A DNA stretch of 32,000 nt. It comes from Dickeya solani IPO 2222. Its GTDB lineage: Bacteria; Pseudomonadota; Gammaproteobacteria; Enterobacterales; Enterobacteriaceae. The notes under the pieces were generated by a model. It had not been told where the DNA came from, did not search any database, and saw only the letters and a list, made by a program, of their open reading frames with translations. Of the stretch, positions 1-8,836 are shown one piece after another. The stretch lies in assembly GCF_001644705.1 (NCBI RefSeq), contig NZ_CP015137.1, positions 3,900,001 through 3,932,000 of the forward strand. The letters are read 5' to 3'. The translations under genes and the position numbers were made by a program. Numbering within the stretch: position 1 is the first letter of the stretch; each line of letters starts with the position of its first letter.

Positions 1-1
1 G

Positions 2-709
2 CCCGGCAAGGGGTTCAGCGAGGTGTCGTTCGATCTGTATCCCGGCGAAGTGCTGGGCATCGTCGGCGAGTCCGGTTCCGGCAAGACCACGTTGCTGCGG
101 GCGATTTCCGCCCGGCTGACGCCGCAGGCCGGGCAGATTGACTATCAGGGCCGCTCGCTGTACGCCATGAGCGAAAGCGATCGCCGCCGCCTGCTGCGCA
201 CCGAGTGGGGCGTGGTGCATCAGCATCCGTTGGATGGCCTGCGTCCCCGCGTGTCGGCGGGCGGCAACATCGGCGAACGGCTGATGGCGGTCGGCGCCCG
301 TCACTATGGCGATATTCGTCGTCAGGCCGGGCAGTGGTTGCAGGATGTGGAGATCCCGCTGTCCCGGCTCGACGACCTGCCCACCACCTTTTCCGGCGGT
401 ATGCAGCAGCGGTTGCAGATCGCCCGCAATCTGGTCACCCATCCGAAGCTGGTGTTCATGGACGAACCGACCGGCGGGCTGGATGTGTCGGTGCAGGCGC
501 GATTGCTGGATCTGCTGCGCACGCTGGTGCGCGACCTTGGTCTGGCGGTGGTGATTGTTACCCATGACCTCGGCGTGGCGCGTCTGCTGGCGCACCGGCT
601 GTTGGTGATGCGCGAGGGCAGGGTAGTGGAAAGCGGCCTGACCGACCGGGTGCTGGATGATCCTCATCACCCTTACACCCAGTTGCTGGTGTCGTCGGTG
701 TTGGGATAA
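2..709 (+). CDS. phnK: Phosphonate C-P lyase system ATP-binding protein PhnK (5' end cut by window edge)
   Basis: The frame is open from nt 2 (PGKGFSEVSFDLYPGEVLGIVGESGSGKTTLL...). It has Walker A, an ABC signature (FSGGMQQRLQIARNL) and Walker B, and is near-colinear with E. coli PhnK as I recall it, including the C-terminal DDPHHPYTQLLVSSVL. The track start at 23 (GTG) is internal. Confidence 0.93.
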   Translation, partial: PGKGFSEVSFDLYPGEVLGIVGESGSGKTTLLRAISARLTPQAGQIDYQGRSLYAMSESDRRRLLRTEWGVVHQHPLDGLRPRVSAGGNIGERLMAVGARHYGDIRRQAGQWLQDVEIPLSRLDDLPTTFSGGMQQRLQIARNLVTHPKLVFMDEPTGGLDVSVQARLLDLLRTLVRDLGLAVVIVTHDLGVARLLAHRLLVMREGRVVESGLTDRVLDDPHHPYTQLLVSSVLG

Positions 710-733
710 GCGTGAATGGCGATGAGGTGAAAC

Positions 734-1456
734 ATGACAACCGAAGGCACGTCCATGACGGTTCTGCGCGTGGAAAATCTGAGTAAAACCTTTGTACTGC
801 ATAACCAGCACGCCGCCCGGCTGCCGGTGTTGCATCAGGCCAGCCTGACGGTGGCCGCCGGCGAATGCGTGGTGCTGCACGGCCATTCCGGCAGCGGCAA
901 GTCCACGCTGCTGCGGTCGCTGTACGCCAACTATCAGCCGGACAGCGGCCAGGTATGGGTGCGCCACCGCGAGGCGTGGGTCGATCTGGTGACCGCCCCG
1001 GCCCGACAGGTGCTGGCGGTGCGGCGCGACACCATCGGCTGGGTCAGCCAGTTTTTGCGGGTAATCCCGCGCATTCCGACGCTGGAGGTGGTGATGCAGC
1101 CGCTGCTGGAGCGCGGCGAAGACCGGGCGGTATGCGAAGCGCGCGCCGACGCGCTGCTGACCCGGCTCAACGTCCCGCGCCGGCTATGGACGCTGGCGCC
1201 CGCCACCTTCTCCGGCGGCGAGCAGCAGCGGGTCAACATCGCCCGCGGGTTTATCGCCGATTATCCGTTGTTGCTGCTGGACGAACCAACCGCCTCGCTG
1301 GACGCCGCCAACCGCGACGCGGTGGTGGAACTGGTTGAGGAAGCGCGTGCCCGCGGCGCGGCGGTGGTCGGCATTTTCCACGATGCGCAGGTGCGCGCCC
1401 GCGTGGCGGACCGCCTGCATCACATGACACCCGTAACGCAGGAGTTCACGCCATGA
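734..1456 (+). CDS. phnL: Phosphonate C-P lyase system ATP-binding protein PhnL
   Basis: Contains [20 protein letters not shown] and [15 protein letters not shown], matching the E. coli PhnL pattern. ATG 734 follows a GAGGTGA SD. ATG 755 ([13 protein letters not shown]) follows GAAGG and fits the E. coli N-terminus better, so the start is ambiguous. Confidence 0.9.
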   Translation: MTTEGTSMTVLRVENLSKTFVLHNQHAARLPVLHQASLTVAAGECVVLHGHSGSGKSTLLRSLYANYQPDSGQVWVRHREAWVDLVTAPARQVLAVRRDTIGWVSQFLRVIPRIPTLEVVMQPLLERGEDRAVCEARADALLTRLNVPRRLWTLAPATFSGGEQQRVNIARGFIADYPLLLLDEPTASLDAANRDAVVELVEEARARGAAVVGIFHDAQVRARVADRLHHMTPVTQEFTP

Positions 1457-2640
1457 GCGCGGCTACTCAGATCATCAATACTACTCAGATCACCAATACT
1501 ACCCGGATCATCAATAACGTGCAGTTGGTGTTGCAGGATGAGGTGGTCAGCGGGTCGCTGGCCTGGCGCAACGGCGCGATCGAGGCCTTTTCCTCCACGC
1601 CCAGTCAGTTGCCGCAGGCGCTGGACGGCGAAGGCGGCTGGCTGCTGCCGGGGCTGGTGGAGCTGCATACCGACAATCTGGACAAGTTCTTCATGCCGCG
1701 CCCGAAGGTCGACTGGCCGGCGCATTCGGCGATGAGCAGCCACGATGCGCTGATCGTCGCCAGCGGCATCACCACGGTGCTGGATGCGGTGGCGATAGGC
1801 GATGTGCGCGACGGCGGTCACCGGCTCGATAACCTGCGTCGCATGATCGACGCCATCATTCACAGCCAGCAACTGGGGGTGAACCGGGCGCAGCATCTGA
1901 TTCACCTGCGTTGCGAATTGCCGCACCACACCACCTTGCCGCTGTTTGAAGCGCTGATGACCACGCCGGAAGTGGCGTTGGTGTCGCTGATGGACCACTC
2001 GCCGGGGCAGCGGCAGTTCGCCACGCCGGAAAAATACCGCGAGTATTATCAGGGCAAATACCACCTGAACGATGCCGAGATGGATGCGTTTGAAACCGAA
2101 CAGCGGGCGCTGTCCGAACGTTGGTCGACGCCGAACCGGCTGGCGATTGCCGCGCATTGCCGCGAGCGCGGCATCGCGCTGGCCAGCCACGACGACGCTA
2201 CCGCGGCACATGTGCATGAATCGCTAGCGCTGGGCAGCGTGATCGCCGAATTTCCCACCACCGAGACGGCGGCGCAGGCGTCGCACGCCAGCGGCATGAA
2301 GGTGCTGATGGGCGCGCCTAATATTGTGCGCGGCGGCTCCCACTCCGGCAACGTGGCGGCGTCCCATCTGGCGGAGCAGGGGCTGCTGGATATTCTGTCA
2401 TCCGACTATTACCCCGCCAGCCTGCTGGATGCGGCGTTTCGTCTGGCGGCGGATGAGCGTAATCCGTTTACGTTGCCGCAGACGGTGGCGATGGTCAGCG
2501 CCAATCCGGCGCAGTCGGTCGGGTTAGACGATCGGGGGCGGATTGCCGACGGGTTGCGCGCCGATCTGGTGCTGGCGCACCACTCACACGGTCAGGTACG
2601 GATTCGTCAGGTGTGGGCGCAGGGGCGACAGGTGTTCTGA
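1453..2640 (+). CDS. phnM: Alpha-D-ribose 1-methylphosphonate 5-triphosphate diphosphatase PhnM
   Basis: Amidohydrolase-fold protein with [33 protein letters not shown] and [16 protein letters not shown], as in E. coli PhnM. The ATGA overlap with the phnL stop indicates translational coupling. The N-terminus carries a triplicated 18-bp unit. Confidence 0.93.
   Translation: MSAATQIINTTQITNTTRIINNVQLVLQDEVVSGSLAWRNGAIEAFSSTPSQLPQALDGEGGWLLPGLVELHTDNLDKFFMPRPKVDWPAHSAMSSHDALIVASGITTVLDAVAIGDVRDGGHRLDNLRRMIDAIIHSQQLGVNRAQHLIHLRCELPHHTTLPLFEALMTTPEVALVSLMDHSPGQRQFATPEKYREYYQGKYHLNDAEMDAFETEQRALSERWSTPNRLAIAAHCRERGIALASHDDATAAHVHESLALGSVIAEFPTTETAAQASHASGMKVLMGAPNIVRGGSHSGNVAASHLAEQGLLDILSSDYYPASLLDAAFRLAADERNPFTLPQTVAMVSANPAQSVGLDDRGRIADGLRADLVLAHHSHGQVRIRQVWAQGRQVF
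1465..1518 (+). repeat. 18-bp tandem repeat x3 inside the first codons of phnM
   Basis: Units are actcagatcatcaatact (1465-1482), actcagatcaccaatact (1483-1500) and acccggatcatcaataac (1501-1518). They encode [18 protein letters not shown]. Confidence 0.9.
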
Positions 2641-3179
2641 TGGCGCGGCTAATCTGGCTGACCGGCGCGTCCGGCTCCGGCAAAGATTCCCTGCTGGATG
2701 CCCTGCGGCAGACGAATCCGACGCGACTGCTGGTAGCGCACCGCTACATTACCCGCCCGGCGCAGGCCGGCGGCGAAAACCATATTGCGCTGAGCGACGC
2801 GGAGTTCGCGCATCGCCGCGAGTGCGGTTTGTTCGCATTGCACTGGCAGGCGCACCACTATCAGTACGGCATCGGCGTTGAAATCGACCTGTGGCTGTCC
2901 GCCGGGCTGGATGTGGTGGTCAACGGCTCGCGCTTTCATCACCAGCAGGCGCAAACGCGCTACGGCGACCGCTTATTGCCGGTGTGCCTGCAGGTCTCCC
3001 CGGAGGTGCTGGCACAGCGTTTGCGTCAGCGCGGGCGGGAAGATGAAGCGGCGATCGCGCAGCGGCTGCAGCGGGCCAGCGCCATGCCGGTTCCGGCGGC
3101 GTGCCGGCGACTGAATAACGATGGTGCGCTGGCGCAAACGCTGCTGGCGTTCCACACCCTGTTAGCGGCTGAAAAATGA
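2640..3179 (+). CDS. phnN: Ribose 1,5-bisphosphate phosphokinase PhnN
   Basis: [22 protein letters not shown] (P-loop) and [10 protein letters not shown] resemble E. coli PhnN. ATG 2640 overlaps the phnM TGA (2638-2640). The track start at 2613 is probably upstream of the real start. Confidence 0.9.
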   Translation: MARLIWLTGASGSGKDSLLDALRQTNPTRLLVAHRYITRPAQAGGENHIALSDAEFAHRRECGLFALHWQAHHYQYGIGVEIDLWLSAGLDVVVNGSRFHHQQAQTRYGDRLLPVCLQVSPEVLAQRLRQRGREDEAAIAQRLQRASAMPVPAACRRLNNDGALAQTLLAFHTLLAAEK

Positions 3180-3233
3180 GAGGCTGAAAAATGGAAGTGA
3201 TGTTATGGAACTGATGTTATGGAGCTAATGTTT
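3167..3233 (+). repeat. Composite tandem repeats across the phnN stop and phnP start
   Basis: ggctgaaaaatg occurs twice, 15 bp apart (3167-3178 and 3182-3193), and spans the phnN TGA. It is followed by atggaagtgatgtt (3191-3204), atggaactgatgtt (3205-3218) and atggagctaatgttt (3219-3233). Confidence 0.9.
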
Positions 3234-3968
3234 ATGGGGACCGGCGACGCGCAGCAGGTGCCGCTGACCGGTTGCGACTGCATCGCCTGTGAGCGGGCGC
3301 GGTTGGATCCGCGCTTTCGGCGCGGACCGAGCAGCATGCTGGTTCGGTGCGGCGGCGAGGCGACGCTGCTGGACGCCGGCGTCACGCAACTGGAGCAGCG
3401 CTTTGGCGTCAACGAGATTCGGCGCATCCTGCTGACGCACTACCATGTCGACCATGTGCAGGGGCTGTTTTCACTGCGCTGGGGCATCGGCGATCGCATC
3501 CCGGTGTTCGGACCGCCGGATGAACAGGGATGCGACGACTTGTACAAGCATCCGCGTCGGCTTGATTTTCAGCCGGCGATGACGCCGTTTCAGACGGTGG
3601 CGATGGGAGCGTTGCGGGTGACCGCGCTGCCGCTCAACCATTCCAAACCCACCTTCGGCTATCTGCTGGAACATGATGGGCAGGCCGTGGCTTACCTGAC
3701 CGACACCTGCGGGCTGCCGGGCGATACGCTGGATTTTCTGCGCGGCAAACGGCTCGATCATATGGTGATGGACTGCACCCAGCCGCCGCGGGATCGGCCG
3801 CCGCTCAACCACAGCGACCTCAACACCGTGCTGCGGGTGCGCGAACAACTGCGGCCGACGCAGACCTGGCTGACCCATGTCAGCCACGAAACCGACGCCT
3901 GGCTGATGCTAAACGACCTGCCGGATGGAGTGCGCGCGGCGGCCGATGGCGCGTGGATCAACGTGTAG
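3219..3968 (+). CDS. phnP: Phosphoribosyl 1,2-cyclic phosphate phosphodiesterase PhnP (MBL fold)
   Basis: Contains THYHVDHVQGLF (HxHxDH motif), GPPDEQGCDDLYKHP and PLNHSKPTFGYLLE, matching E. coli PhnP. The start is ATG 3219 (MELMFMGTG) or ATG 3234 (MGTGDAQ). Confidence 0.9.
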   Translation: MELMFMGTGDAQQVPLTGCDCIACERARLDPRFRRGPSSMLVRCGGEATLLDAGVTQLEQRFGVNEIRRILLTHYHVDHVQGLFSLRWGIGDRIPVFGPPDEQGCDDLYKHPRRLDFQPAMTPFQTVAMGALRVTALPLNHSKPTFGYLLEHDGQAVAYLTDTCGLPGDTLDFLRGKRLDHMVMDCTQPPRDRPPLNHSDLNTVLRVREQLRPTQTWLTHVSHETDAWLMLNDLPDGVRAAADGAWINV

Positions 3969-3992
3969 CGACGAAAACCGCAACTGAACAAG

Positions 3993-4026
3993 CTGAGACG
4001 GGAAGATAGCGTCAGTTCCCGCTCAG
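3993..4026. terminator. Hairpin between convergent phnP and the oxidoreductase gene; possible bidirectional terminator
   Basis: ctgag(a)cgggaa pairs with ttcccgctcag: 11 bp with one bulge and an 11-nt loop. There is no strong T-run on either side. Confidence 0.35.
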
Positions 4027-4097
4027 AAATCAGTCGACCGGATAGGTCTAAGCCGGAATATGTTGCGGCGTGTCCGTGTCGCGGTATTGCTGCGGCG

Positions 4098-4748
4098 TCA
4101 TCTGCCGGAAACAGCGACGTCACTGCGTTGAGCATTATCCAGTGCTGTGCTCAGCGTCTCTTTTGTCATTCGTACACAATAAGCCGGCATTCCCCGCTCA
4201 AAGCGCCATCCTTCGGCGAGAGCACCTGCGTCAACGACATCGAAACCAAAAGCTTCATACAGTTCGGCGACCAGCCGTTTACCTGTCGCATCATCTCCGG
4301 CAAGCGGTAACGCCCGGCGCGTCGGCGCGCCGGAGGGAAGCCCGTCACTTTCAAGCTGTGTCATGGGGATGGCGTTAAATGCTTTTGTTATCAGCGCGCC
4401 GGGCAAATAGCCGGCCAGAAGCTCGCTGGTAGTGGTTTCCAGTCTGTCCAGCGCCTCAACCTGCCCATCGCGCTCAGGATAGTAGTTGACGGCATCCACC
4501 ACCGGTTTTCCCCGTAGTTCCGCGCCAGGAAGCTGGCTGATAGCCGAGAGGGGAACCGCGATGACGACGACATCGCCAAAAATGGCGGCTTCGTTGGCGG
4601 TGCCGACGTCACAGCCAACCATCGGCCGGAGACTGAACAGCGTCTGTGGGCCGCGTGAGTTGCTGAGCATCACCTGATGGCCGTTTTTAATGGCAAGTGT
4701 TGCTATTGCCCGTCCGACGAAACCTGCGCCAATAATGCCAATCTTCAT
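4098..4748 (-). CDS. NAD(P)-binding oxidoreductase (NADP oxidoreductase, coenzyme F420-dependent-like family)
   Basis: MKIGIIGAGFVGRAIA is a Rossmann GxGxxG motif at the N-terminus. ATG at 4748 is preceded by AAGGAAAAAA. The upstream part of the 303-aa track ORF is low-quality sequence crossing the divergent promoter, so I trimmed it. Confidence 0.8.
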   Translation of the reverse strand: MKIGIIGAGFVGRAIATLAIKNGHQVMLSNSRGPQTLFSLRPMVGCDVGTANEAAIFGDVVVIAVPLSAISQLPGAELRGKPVVDAVNYYPERDGQVEALDRLETTTSELLAGYLPGALITKAFNAIPMTQLESDGLPSGAPTRRALPLAGDDATGKRLVAELYEAFGFDVVDAGALAEGWRFERGMPAYCVRMTKETLSTALDNAQRSDVAVSGR

Positions 4749-4839
4749 CGTTTTTTCCTTTTTCGTGTTGAGATAACAAGAAAATAGTTCCCTACAAATA
4801 GGAGATAAAGCGCAATATAAAACATAAATAAACAACAAA

Positions 4840-5748
4840 ATGGAGGGAATGGTGGATAGGCTGACCAGCATGAACGTTTTTGTGAAGGCGGCGGAGCTTG
4901 GCTCTTTTGCAGCGGCAGCCGAGGCGTTGAGTCTCTCTGCGCAAATGGTGGCGAAACATGTGGCCTGGCTGGAAGCGCGGCTCGGCGTCAGATTGCTGAA
5001 TCGCACCACGCGCCGCCAGAGTCTGACCGATATTGGCCGCAGTTATTACGAACGGTGTCGGATGGTACTGGCTGAAGCAGAAGCCGCCGATGCCATTGTG
5101 CTGGACATGAAGGCCACACCTTCCGGTGTTATTCGGGTAAACGCGCCGGTGACCTTTGGCTCGTATACTCTGGCCCCTTTTCTTACACACTATCTCGGAA
5201 ATTATCCGGATACGCAGGTGGAACTGACGTTGAGCGATCGTCTGGTCGACCCGATTGAAGAGGGTGTTGAAGTCATCATTCGCATCGGTGAACTGGCCGA
5301 CAGTTCAATGCTGGCGTGGCCGCTGCGGCCTTACCGTTTAATCGCCTGTGCCTCGCCAGACTATGTCGCGCGCGAAGGTTTACCGGCAGTACCGGCTGAG
5401 CTCGCACATCACGCCTGCCTCGTTTACGGAATATGGTCACCCGCCGCCCCTTGCCGCTGGGTGTTCCATCGAGCGGGCAAGACCGAAGAAGTCAGGCCGC
5501 GAGGCCGGTTCCGCTCAAATGACTGGAAGGCGTTGCTACATGCTGCGATAGAGGGTTATGGCGTCACGTTAGGCCCAGAAGATGTGCTGCGCGAAGAAAT
5601 CCGGCAAGGGCGTCTTGTTCAGGTGTTACCTGAGTATGAAGGGCCTGCTCGTCCTATGCATGTGCTGGTGCCGGCAGGGCGGCGGCAGACCGTTAAAATT
5701 AAAAGCTTTGTCGACGCGCTCAGAATGCGCTTCGGGGAGTCGGCGTAA
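4840..5748 (+). CDS. LysR-family transcriptional regulator
   Basis: An N-terminal wHTH (DRLTSMNVFVKAAELGSFAAAAEALSLSAQMVAKHVAWLEARLGVRLLNRTTRR) plus a LysR substrate-binding domain. It is divergent from the oxidoreductase gene. Alternative starts are ATG 4849 and GTG 4852; the latter lies 4 nt after GGAGGG. Confidence 0.9.
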   Translation: MEGMVDRLTSMNVFVKAAELGSFAAAAEALSLSAQMVAKHVAWLEARLGVRLLNRTTRRQSLTDIGRSYYERCRMVLAEAEAADAIVLDMKATPSGVIRVNAPVTFGSYTLAPFLTHYLGNYPDTQVELTLSDRLVDPIEEGVEVIIRIGELADSSMLAWPLRPYRLIACASPDYVAREGLPAVPAELAHHACLVYGIWSPAAPCRWVFHRAGKTEEVRPRGRFRSNDWKALLHAAIEGYGVTLGPEDVLREEIRQGRLVQVLPEYEGPARPMHVLVPAGRRQTVKIKSFVDALRMRFGESA

Positions 5749-5826
5749 TTCCCTCATTGAAAGCGGCGACAGAAACGGTTATGAGGCGAGGTGGAATGTC
5801 CGTGAGTTCATTTTTTAATCATAAAG

Positions 5827-5844
5827 CTGTCATCAGGTATTCAT
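5827..5844 (+). promoter_or_regulatory. Pho-box-like site upstream of the phnC-family gene
   Basis: ctgtcatcaggtattcat against CTGTCATA(A/T)A(A/T)CTGTCA(C/T): the first heptamer is perfect and the second matches 4/7. A TTAATA-like -10 lies about 11 bp downstream. Confidence 0.3.
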
Positions 5845-5884
5845 CTGCGCTGCGCTTAATAACGTCCATATTGTTGACTAAACG

Positions 5885-6757
5885 ATGACGAAACTCATGG
5901 CACAGGCACTGTTGGCATCCGAAAGCGCTACCCAACTGCGCGCACAGCATTTCCAGACGCAACCGCAGCAGACCATTCTGTCGGTGCGTCAGCTGTGTAA
6001 GGCCTATTCCGGTCAGCAGAAACGGGTACTGGAGAACCTCAGTTTTGATTTGCACGCCGGCGAGATGGTGGCGGTGATTGGCCGTTCCGGCGCCGGTAAG
6101 TCCACCTTGCTGCACGTGATGAACGGCACCATTCCGGCCAGCGAAGGGCAAATCCTGCGCTATCCTGCCCAGCACGATGGCGGGCAGGGCGACACGCAGG
6201 ACATTCTGCGTTTCAGCAGCCGGCAGATGCGCCAGTGGCGCAGCGAATGCGGCATGATCTTTCAGGATTTTTGTCTGGTGCCGCGGTTGGATGTGCTGAC
6301 CAACGTACTGCTGGGCCGCCTGAGCCGGACCTCTACCCTGAAGTCGTTCTTCAAACTGTTTTCCGATGAGGATCGCGCGCACGCCATTGGGCTGCTGCAA
6401 TGGATGAACCTGTTGCCGCATGCGTTGCAGCGGGCGGAAAACCTGTCCGGCGGCCAGATGCAGCGCGTCGCTATCTGCCGCGCGCTGATGCAGAACCCCA
6501 AAATCCTGCTGGCCGACGAGCCGGTGGCGTCGCTCGACCCGAAAAACACCCGCCGCATCATGGACGTGCTGCGACAGGTGAGCGACAACGGCATCACCGT
6601 GGTGGTGAACCTGCATTCGGTCGAGCTGGTGAAAGAATACTGCACCCGGGCTATTGGCATCGCCCAGGGGCGCATCCTGTTTGACGGCCCGCCGTCAGAA
6701 CTGACCGACAGCCTGCTGCGTACCTTGTACGGCGACGATCTGCAGCCGGTGCACTAA
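5885..6757 (+). CDS. phnC: Phosphonate/phosphite-type ABC transporter ATP-binding protein (PhnC family)
   Basis: Contains [16 protein letters not shown] (Walker A), [37 protein letters not shown] and [13 protein letters not shown], the PhnC-type pattern. It has a ~30-aa N-terminal extension relative to E. coli PhnC. The symbol is family-level only. Confidence 0.85.
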   Translation: MTKLMAQALLASESATQLRAQHFQTQPQQTILSVRQLCKAYSGQQKRVLENLSFDLHAGEMVAVIGRSGAGKSTLLHVMNGTIPASEGQILRYPAQHDGGQGDTQDILRFSSRQMRQWRSECGMIFQDFCLVPRLDVLTNVLLGRLSRTSTLKSFFKLFSDEDRAHAIGLLQWMNLLPHALQRAENLSGGQMQRVAICRALMQNPKILLADEPVASLDPKNTRRIMDVLRQVSDNGITVVVNLHSVELVKEYCTRAIGIAQGRILFDGPPSELTDSLLRTLYGDDLQPVH

Positions 6758-6772
6758 TTCCCTTTTTGGCAC

Positions 6773-6815
6773 TACCCGCGTCCCGGTGGTTTTAACGCGG
6801 GTACCGGATTTTTCG
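6773..6815 (+). terminator. Hairpin plus T-run after the phnC-family gene; possible attenuator or weak terminator
   Basis: tacccgcg (6773-6780) pairs with cgcgggta (6796-6803). An alternative ccggt/accgg stem abuts attttt (6808-6813). Confidence 0.3.
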
Positions 6816-6828
6816 ACATCACATCGCT

Positions 6829-6870
6829 ACACCTTGGCATAACGACAACACACCTTGGCATAACGACAAC
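6829..6870 (+). repeat. Perfect 21-bp tandem repeat x2 just upstream of the phnD-family start
   Basis: acaccttggcataacgacaac occurs at 6829-6849 and again at 6850-6870. The phnD-family ATG is at 6884. Confidence 0.95.
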
Positions 6871-6883
6871 ATAGGCAAAACTG

Positions 6884-7816
6884 ATGAAAAAAACCTTCAC
6901 GTTGACCACCTTGCTGGCCGGTGCGGTAGTGTCCGCCAGCGTATTCGCCGCGGAAACACCGAAAACGCTGAATCTGGGCATCCTGGGCGGTCAGAACGCT
7001 ACCCAGCAGATCGGCGATAACCAGTGCGTCAAACAGTTTCTCGATAAAGAGCTGAATGTCGATACCCAATTGCGCAACGCATCCGACTATGCCGGGGTTA
7101 TTCAGGGGCTGTTGGGCAAGAAGATTGATCTGGTGTTGAGCATGTCGCCGTCGTCGTATGCGTCGGTCTACATCAAGGACCCCAACGCGGTGGATGTCGT
7201 TGGTATCGCGGTGGACGACGTCGACCAGTCGCGCGGTTACCACTCGGTGGTGATCGTCAAAGCCGACAGCGCGTACCAGAAGCTGGAAGACCTGAAAGGT
7301 AAGGCGTTCGGTTTCGCCGACCCGGATTCCACCTCCGGCTACCTGATTCCTAATCAGGAGTTTAAAGAGAAATTCGGCGGCAGCGCCGATAACAAATACA
7401 ACAATTTCTTCTCCAGCGTCACCTTCTCCGGCGGGCATGAGCAGGACATCCTCGGCGTGCTGAACGGACAGTTTGACGGCGCGGTGACCTGGGCGTCGAT
7501 GATTGGCGACTACAACACCGGCTACACCAGCGGCGCGTTCGGCCGTCTGATTCGCATGGACCACCCGGATCTGATGAAACAGATTCGCATCATCTGGCAA
7601 TCGCCGCTGATCCCGAACGGCCCGATTCTGGTGAGCAACGCGCTGCCGGCCGACTTTAAAGCCAAACTGATTACCGCGGTGAACAAGCTGGATAAAGAAG
7701 ATCATACCTGTTTCATCAAGGCGATGGGCGGCAAACAGCACATCGGCCCGGCCAGCGTGGACGATTACAAAACCATTATCGCCATGAAGCGTGAACTGAC
7801 CAAAGGCAACCGCTAA
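6884..7816 (+). CDS. phnD: Phosphonate/phosphite-type ABC transporter periplasmic binding protein (PhnD family)
   Basis: Sec signal peptide (MKKTFTLTTLLAGAVVSASVFA/AE). PhnD-family pattern: FADPDSTSGYLIPNQEF and WQSPLIPNGPI. The symbol is family-level; the substrate is unknown. Confidence 0.85.
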   Translation: MKKTFTLTTLLAGAVVSASVFAAETPKTLNLGILGGQNATQQIGDNQCVKQFLDKELNVDTQLRNASDYAGVIQGLLGKKIDLVLSMSPSSYASVYIKDPNAVDVVGIAVDDVDQSRGYHSVVIVKADSAYQKLEDLKGKAFGFADPDSTSGYLIPNQEFKEKFGGSADNKYNNFFSSVTFSGGHEQDILGVLNGQFDGAVTWASMIGDYNTGYTSGAFGRLIRMDHPDLMKQIRIIWQSPLIPNGPILVSNALPADFKAKLITAVNKLDKEDHTCFIKAMGGKQHIGPASVDDYKTIIAMKRELTKGNR

Positions 7817-7969
7817 GGGCGGCGCGCCGGGTCGTCAGGCTCGGTGTTTTCCCGACCGGCGGTACGCAACGGCGCAACATTGATGGACTGCGGCACAGGC
7901 AGGATGCCTATTTTTCACCCGTTGCGGTTCCAAACCCATCATCGCTTTTCCACCATTCAGACCAAACCC

Positions 7970-8836
7970 ATGCTGAACCCTGATTTTGAACGCTATTACC
8001 AGCGGATACGCACACGGCAGAAGCGCGAGTCGCTGATATGGACACTGGTGCTGGTCGTGCTCTACATCGGCGCGGGCGCGTTGTCCGAATTCAATCTGCA
8101 TACCCTGTGGACGTCGTTTCCCCACTTTTTTGACTACCTGATCGAGACGCTGCCGGTGCTGCACTGGTCGCTGCTGTTCGCCGACGGTCATACCGAAGGC
8201 TCGCTGGCCTACTGGGGATACCGTCTCAATATCCAGTTGCCGTTGATCTGGGAGACGCTCAACCTGGCGCTGGCAGCGACGCTGCTGTCGGTGGCGGCGT
8301 CGGTGGTGCTGGGGTTTCTGGCGGCCAACAATACGCAAAGCCCGCCGGGCGTGCGTTTTACTCTCCGTGCGTTGCTGGCGTTTCTGCGCACCATGCCGGA
8401 GCTGGCATGGGCGGTGATGTTCGTGATGGCGTTCGGTATCGGCGTTATTCCCGGCTTTCTGGCGCTGGCGCTGCACACCGTCGGTTGCCTGACCAAGCTG
8501 TTTTATGAAGCCATCGAAACCGCCTCGGAACGGCCGGTGCGCGGGCTGGCCGCCTGTGGCGCCAGCGTGTTGCAGCGTATGCGTTTTGGGCTGTGGCCGC
8601 AGGTCAAGCCGATCGTGCTGTCCTACAGTTTTATGCGGCTGGAAATTAACTTTCGTCAGTCCACCATTCTCGGGCTGGTGGGCGCCGGGGGCATCGGTCA
8701 GGAACTGATGACCAATATCAAGCTGGACCGCTACGATCAGGTCAGCATAACCATGCTGCTGATCATCGTGGTGGTCTCGATTCTGGATGCGCTGTCCGGG
8801 CGGTTGCGGCGGCAAGTGGTGGAGGGCGGTAAATGA
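7970..8836 (+). CDS. phnE: Phosphonate-type ABC transporter permease (PhnE family), copy 1
   Basis: Multi-TM permease with RTMPELAWAVMFVMAFGIGVIPG and FMRLEINFRQSTILGLVGAGGIG motifs. The start is uncertain (GTG 7844, ATG 7904 or ATG 7970) and no candidate has a strong SD. Confidence 0.8.
   Translation: MLNPDFERYYQRIRTRQKRESLIWTLVLVVLYIGAGALSEFNLHTLWTSFPHFFDYLIETLPVLHWSLLFADGHTEGSLAYWGYRLNIQLPLIWETLNLALAATLLSVAASVVLGFLAANNTQSPPGVRFTLRALLAFLRTMPELAWAVMFVMAFGIGVIPGFLALALHTVGCLTKLFYEAIETASERPVRGLAACGASVLQRMRFGLWPQVKPIVLSYSFMRLEINFRQSTILGLVGAGGIGQELMTNIKLDRYDQVSITMLLIIVVVSILDALSGRLRRQVVEGGK

Noticed and set aside
4749-5009. An N-terminal 87-aa extension of the oxidoreductase ORF (track ORF 4098-5009).
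   Set aside because: The extension is AT-rich, crosses the divergent LysR promoter and the LysR start, and precedes a canonical MKIGIIGAGxxG N-terminus with its own SD at 4748.
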